Source: Betaproteobacteria bacterium RIFCSPLOWO2_12_FULL_68_19 (GTDB lineage: Bacteria > Pseudomonadota > Gammaproteobacteria > Burkholderiales > SG8-39). From it: a stretch of 49,659 nt of DNA. Within the stretch, counting starts at the first letter, position 1. Every line of letters begins with the position of its first letter. Below are positions 48,300-49,659 of this stretch, piece by piece. Location: NCBI GenBank assembly GCA_001772055.1, contig MERP01000022.1, forward strand, positions 623 to 50,281. Direction: 5' to 3'. The notes under the pieces are model-generated. The model made no database searches and was not told the origin of the DNA. It worked only from the letters and a program-made list of their open reading frames with translations. A program made the translations under genes and the position numbers.

Positions 48300-49106
48300 A
48301 TGCTGCGCATCGTCCTGATCGCGCTCGGCCTGGCGCTCGCAGCACCGGCTGCGGCGCAGGGCCTGTTCGACGACAACGAGGCGCGCCGGCGCATCGAGGT
48401 CCTGCGCGGGCAGCTGAACGAGCAGCAGAAGGCGACCGACGAGCGGCTCGCGAAGATCGAGTCCGCGCTCTCGGGCGCGAGCGACCGCAGCGCGATCCTC
48501 GAGCTCGCCTCGCAGATCGAGTCGCTGCGCGGCGAGATCGCCCGCATGCGCGGCCAGGTCGAGGTGCTCGCCAACCAGGCCGAGGTGGCGGAGCGGCGCC
48601 AGAAGGACCTGTACCTCGACATCGACACGCGGCTCCGGAAGCTCGAGCAGGCGAGCGAGCAGGCGGCGGCCGCTGCTGCGGCTGAGAAGCCGGCGGCTGC
48701 GGCGCCGTCGCCGCAGGAGGTCTCGGACGCCGAGACCAAGGCCTACCAGGCGGCGCTCGACCAGTTCAAGATCGGCAACTACGCGCTCGCCGTCGCCGCC
48801 ATGCAGAACTTCCTCGCCGCCTACCCGGCGAGCACGCTCGCGCCGAACGCGCAGTACTGGGTGGGCATGGCGCACTCGGGCCAGCGCGACTACAAGGCGG
48901 CCATCGCCGCGCAGAGGAAGCTGCTCGCGACCTGGCCCGAGAGCCAGAAAGCGCCCGATGCGCTGCTCAGCATCGCGAGCGCCCAGGAAACCATGGGCGA
49001 CCGGCGCGCCGCGCAGAAGACCCTGGAAGAGGTCATCGCCAAGTATCCAGACTCGAGCGCCGCCGCGAGCGCCAAGCAGCGCCTCGCCGCGGCCGGCAAG
49101 CGCTGA
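48300..49106 (+). CDS. cpoB: Cell division coordinator CpoB (YbgF)
   Basis: An internal ATG at 48300 gives a signal peptide, followed by a coiled coil and C-terminal TPR repeats. It is the last gene of the tol-pal cluster. Confidence 0.9.
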   Translation: MLRIVLIALGLALAAPAAAQGLFDDNEARRRIEVLRGQLNEQQKATDERLAKIESALSGASDRSAILELASQIESLRGEIARMRGQVEVLANQAEVAERRQKDLYLDIDTRLRKLEQASEQAAAAAAAEKPAAAAPSPQEVSDAETKAYQAALDQFKIGNYALAVAAMQNFLAAYPASTLAPNAQYWVGMAHSGQRDYKAAIAAQRKLLATWPESQKAPDALLSIASAQETMGDRRAAQKTLEEVIAKYPDSSAAASAKQRLAAAGKR

Positions 49107-49139
49107 TAAAATTTCACCCCTTCTGCAGCGCGTAAATAC

Positions 49140-49215
49140 GGGTCGTTAGCTCAGCTGGTAGAGCAGCGGACTTTTAATCCGTTGGTCGGCGGTTCGAATC
49201 CGCCACGACCTACCA
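49140..49215 (+). tRNA. tRNA-Lys (anticodon TTT)
   Basis: The cloverleaf folds by hand: acceptor GGGTCGT/ACGACCT, anticodon stem GCGGA/TCCGT with loop CTTTTAA, T-arm GGCGG-TTCGAAT-CCGCC, and an encoded CCA. Confidence 0.93.
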
Positions 49216-49228
49216 AATACTCAGGGCT

Positions 49229-49585
49229 TTAGCTTTCGCTAGAGCCTTTTTCTTTAGCAGGTTGTGCCAATTCTGTGCCGCCCACTAGTCCCGCGATCCG
49301 CTCCGCGTGCTCGGCAAGGTGCGCCGGCGCAAGGTGAGCGTACCGCCTGACCATTCCTTCGGATTCCCAAGCACCCATCTCCTGCAACACGTTCGTCGGC
49401 GTACCACGCTGCACCAGCCAGCTCGCCCAGGTATGGCGCAGATCGTGCCAGCGGAAGTCTTCGATGCCGGCTCGTTTAAGCGCCTCACGCCACGCGCGAG
49501 TATTGGCCCAGGCAAGGGGCTTGCCGTTGAAGGTAAAGACGCGCTCGGGATGTTTGCCAAGCTGCCGGACTAGTATCGTGACACG
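49229..49585 (-). pseudogene. 5'-truncated tyrosine recombinase (phage/island integrase) remnant
   Basis: One open frame reads ...[15 protein letters not shown]...[18 protein letters not shown]...[13 protein letters not shown] (box II H-x-x-R and catalytic Tyr). The frame is closed by TAA at 49586-49588. Only about 118 C-terminal codons remain. The stop lies 13 nt from the tRNA-Lys 3' end. Confidence 0.75.
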
Positions 49586-49606
49586 TTAATTACGAAACAT
49601 TATAAT
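49578..49606 (+). promoter_or_regulatory. Near-consensus sigma-70-type promoter
   Basis: GTGACA (49578-49583), a 17-nt spacer, then TATAAT (49601-49606). An SD GAGGAG (49625-49630) and ATG 49639 follow. Confidence 0.45.
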
Positions 49607-49638
49607 GGCGCATCTCCACAACCCGAGGAGCGTGTGCG

Positions 49639-49659
49639 ATGCGCCAAACCGAACTGAGC
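49639..49659 (+). CDS. 5' end of an unidentified CDS running off the window
   Basis: ATG preceded by GAGGAG at 8-nt spacing. Only 7 codons (MRQTELS) are visible, so the product cannot be called. Confidence 0.35.

Noticed and set aside
49285-49560. 91-aa minus-strand ORF overlapping the integrase remnant in another frame
   Set aside because: The neighbouring frame gives a continuous, recognisable tyrosine-recombinase C-terminus across the same bases. This ORF has no motif and is Arg/Ser/Thr-rich noise.

Overview
This is a very GC-rich, tightly packed chromosomal segment. Its gene order is typical of a beta- or gammaproteobacterium. I support about 65 CDS, 2 tRNAs and no rRNA; I saw no CRISPR array or intact IS. 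Left to right the blocks are: moeB-ctpA-envC-gpmA, facing rhodanese-grxC-secB-SH3-gpsA; trmL-comF, facing amidase-bioC; a complete aa3 cytochrome c oxidase structural and assembly cluster (DUF2244, coxB, ctaD, small protein, ctaG, DUF2970, ctaE, DUF2909, SURF1, CxxxC protein, ctaB, SCO); rpoH-ftsX-ftsE-ftsY; rsmD-coaD; mutM; TPR-lolB-ispE-tRNA-Gln-prs-rplY-pth-ychF; a small variable metabolic patch (esterase, GNAT, desaturase remnant, gabD, two-subunit molybdo-hydroxylase, SDR); then yebC-ruvC-ruvA, a 4-gene insert, ruvB-ybgC-tolQRAB-pal-cpoB-tRNA-Lys. The window ends at a 5'-truncated integrase next to tRNA-Lys, which looks like an island boundary. Most of this is housekeeping, and I see no recognisable defence or toxin system. 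Four things seem most worth a second look. (1) The ruvAB operon is split by four genes for exported proteins of unknown function (DUF3015, a DUF4105 fusion, a lipoprotein hydrolase and an OMP), with an intrinsic terminator apparently inside a CDS. (2) Four genes can only reach their homology-supported N-termini from a CTG codon at or next to the upstream TGA stop. (3) An amidase-signature enzyme is coupled to bioC in the slot where bioH usually sits. (4) The tRNA-Lys junction itself. All functional calls come from reading the translated ORFs by eye. No database search was run.
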